57,741 nt of DNA, from contig CAIPEX010000025.1 of NCBI GenBank assembly GCA_903864185.1, positions 1 to 57,741 on the forward strand, in the 5' to 3' direction. The notes beneath the pieces were generated by a model that was not told where the DNA came from, ran no database searches, and worked only from the letters and a program-made list of their open reading frames with translations. Shown in pieces: positions 57,133 to 57,741 of the stretch (position 1 is its first letter; the number at the start of each line of letters is the position of its first letter). The position numbers and the translations under genes are program-made. This DNA comes from an uncultured Chloroflexota bacterium (lineage in GTDB: Bacteria > Chloroflexota > Limnocylindria > Limnocylindrales > Limnocylindraceae).

Positions 57133-57741
57133 ATGAGAAAAAACGCGGAAGAGACGGGCGACGTCATCCTCCAGGTGGCGCTGACCTTCGATCACGACGC
57201 GATCAGCGCCGATGTTGGCGAGGGGAGCCGCGTCTTTGAGCGATCGGTTGGCGAGCTCGGTCCGCGCGTTGGTCTCCCGCGCATCCTTGCGCTGCTCGCG
57301 CAGGAATCAATTCCGGCAACGTTTTTCGTCCCCGTGCACACCGCACGAACCTGGCCGGGCGACCTCGCCGCAATCGTTGCTGGTGGACATGAGGTCGCAT
57401 GCCACGGTTGGGCGCACGAAGATCACGCGGCACTTGCACCGGCAGCCGAGAAGGAACTTATCGAACGCCAGCGCTCTGCGCTGACCGAGGCCGTGCGCAC
57501 ACTCGATCCAGGCGCCGCAGCAGTGCGTGGCTTTCGCGCGCCGTACTGGTCGCTCTCTCCGTCGACCCTTACGTTTGCCGAGGCGGCGGGATTCTCCTAT
57601 GACTCGTCGCTCGGCTGGGAGGAGACCCGCATCACTCCAGTTCGCCATGGCGATGCACATGCACGTGAGGTTTCACAACTGGGCAGCGCTGGAAAAATCC
57701 TTGAGGTGCCGATCAGTCGCTGGCTCGACGATTGGGCCTGG
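57133..57741 (+). CDS. Polysaccharide deacetylase (CE4, PuuE/PgdA-like), truncated by window edge
   Basis: Translated by hand: [34 protein letters not shown]. Confidence 0.82.
   Translation, partial: MRKNAEETGDVILQVALTFDHDAISADVGEGSRVFERSVGELGPRVGLPRILALLAQESIPATFFVPVHTARTWPGDLAAIVAGGHEVACHGWAHEDHAALAPAAEKELIERQRSALTEAVRTLDPGAAAVRGFRAPYWSLSPSTLTFAEAAGFSYDSSLGWEETRITPVRHGDAHAREVSQLGSAGKILEVPISRWLDDWAW

Overview
A gene-dense, high-GC bacterial chromosomal window; gene content suggests a Chloroflexota/Actinomycetota-like organism (inference only). From left to right it contains: the fabD 3' end and tandem fabF genes; a lower-GC three-gene ABC cassette; copA with a CsoR-like operator; ogt; an M24 peptidase; 2-oxoacid:ferredoxin oxidoreductase; and a ferredoxin. 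Next is a respiratory/copper cluster: CtaG, YHS, a split CtaF-like pair fused to a cupredoxin, TlpA, and an operon of NAD(P)H flavo-Fe-S protein, split b6-type cytochrome b, Rieske protein, cytochrome c-cupredoxin fusion and membrane Kelch protein. Further right are a TPP-riboswitch thiN/ECF operon, a WYL regulator with a SAMHD1-like HD protein, an S8 protease, a TM0106-like nuclease, a Rieske oxygenase/amine oxidase/ABC module, and an ApbE/FMN-binding/ferric-reductase flavinylation module beside a two-component system. There are four tRNAs, including Arg(UCG). The strongest candidate for a novel system is the flavoprotein-coupled Rieske/cytochrome b complex, apparently wired to an oxidase by two paralogous tethered cupredoxins. 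No CRISPR array, integrase or transposase was seen. All calls come from reading motifs by eye; no database searches were run.
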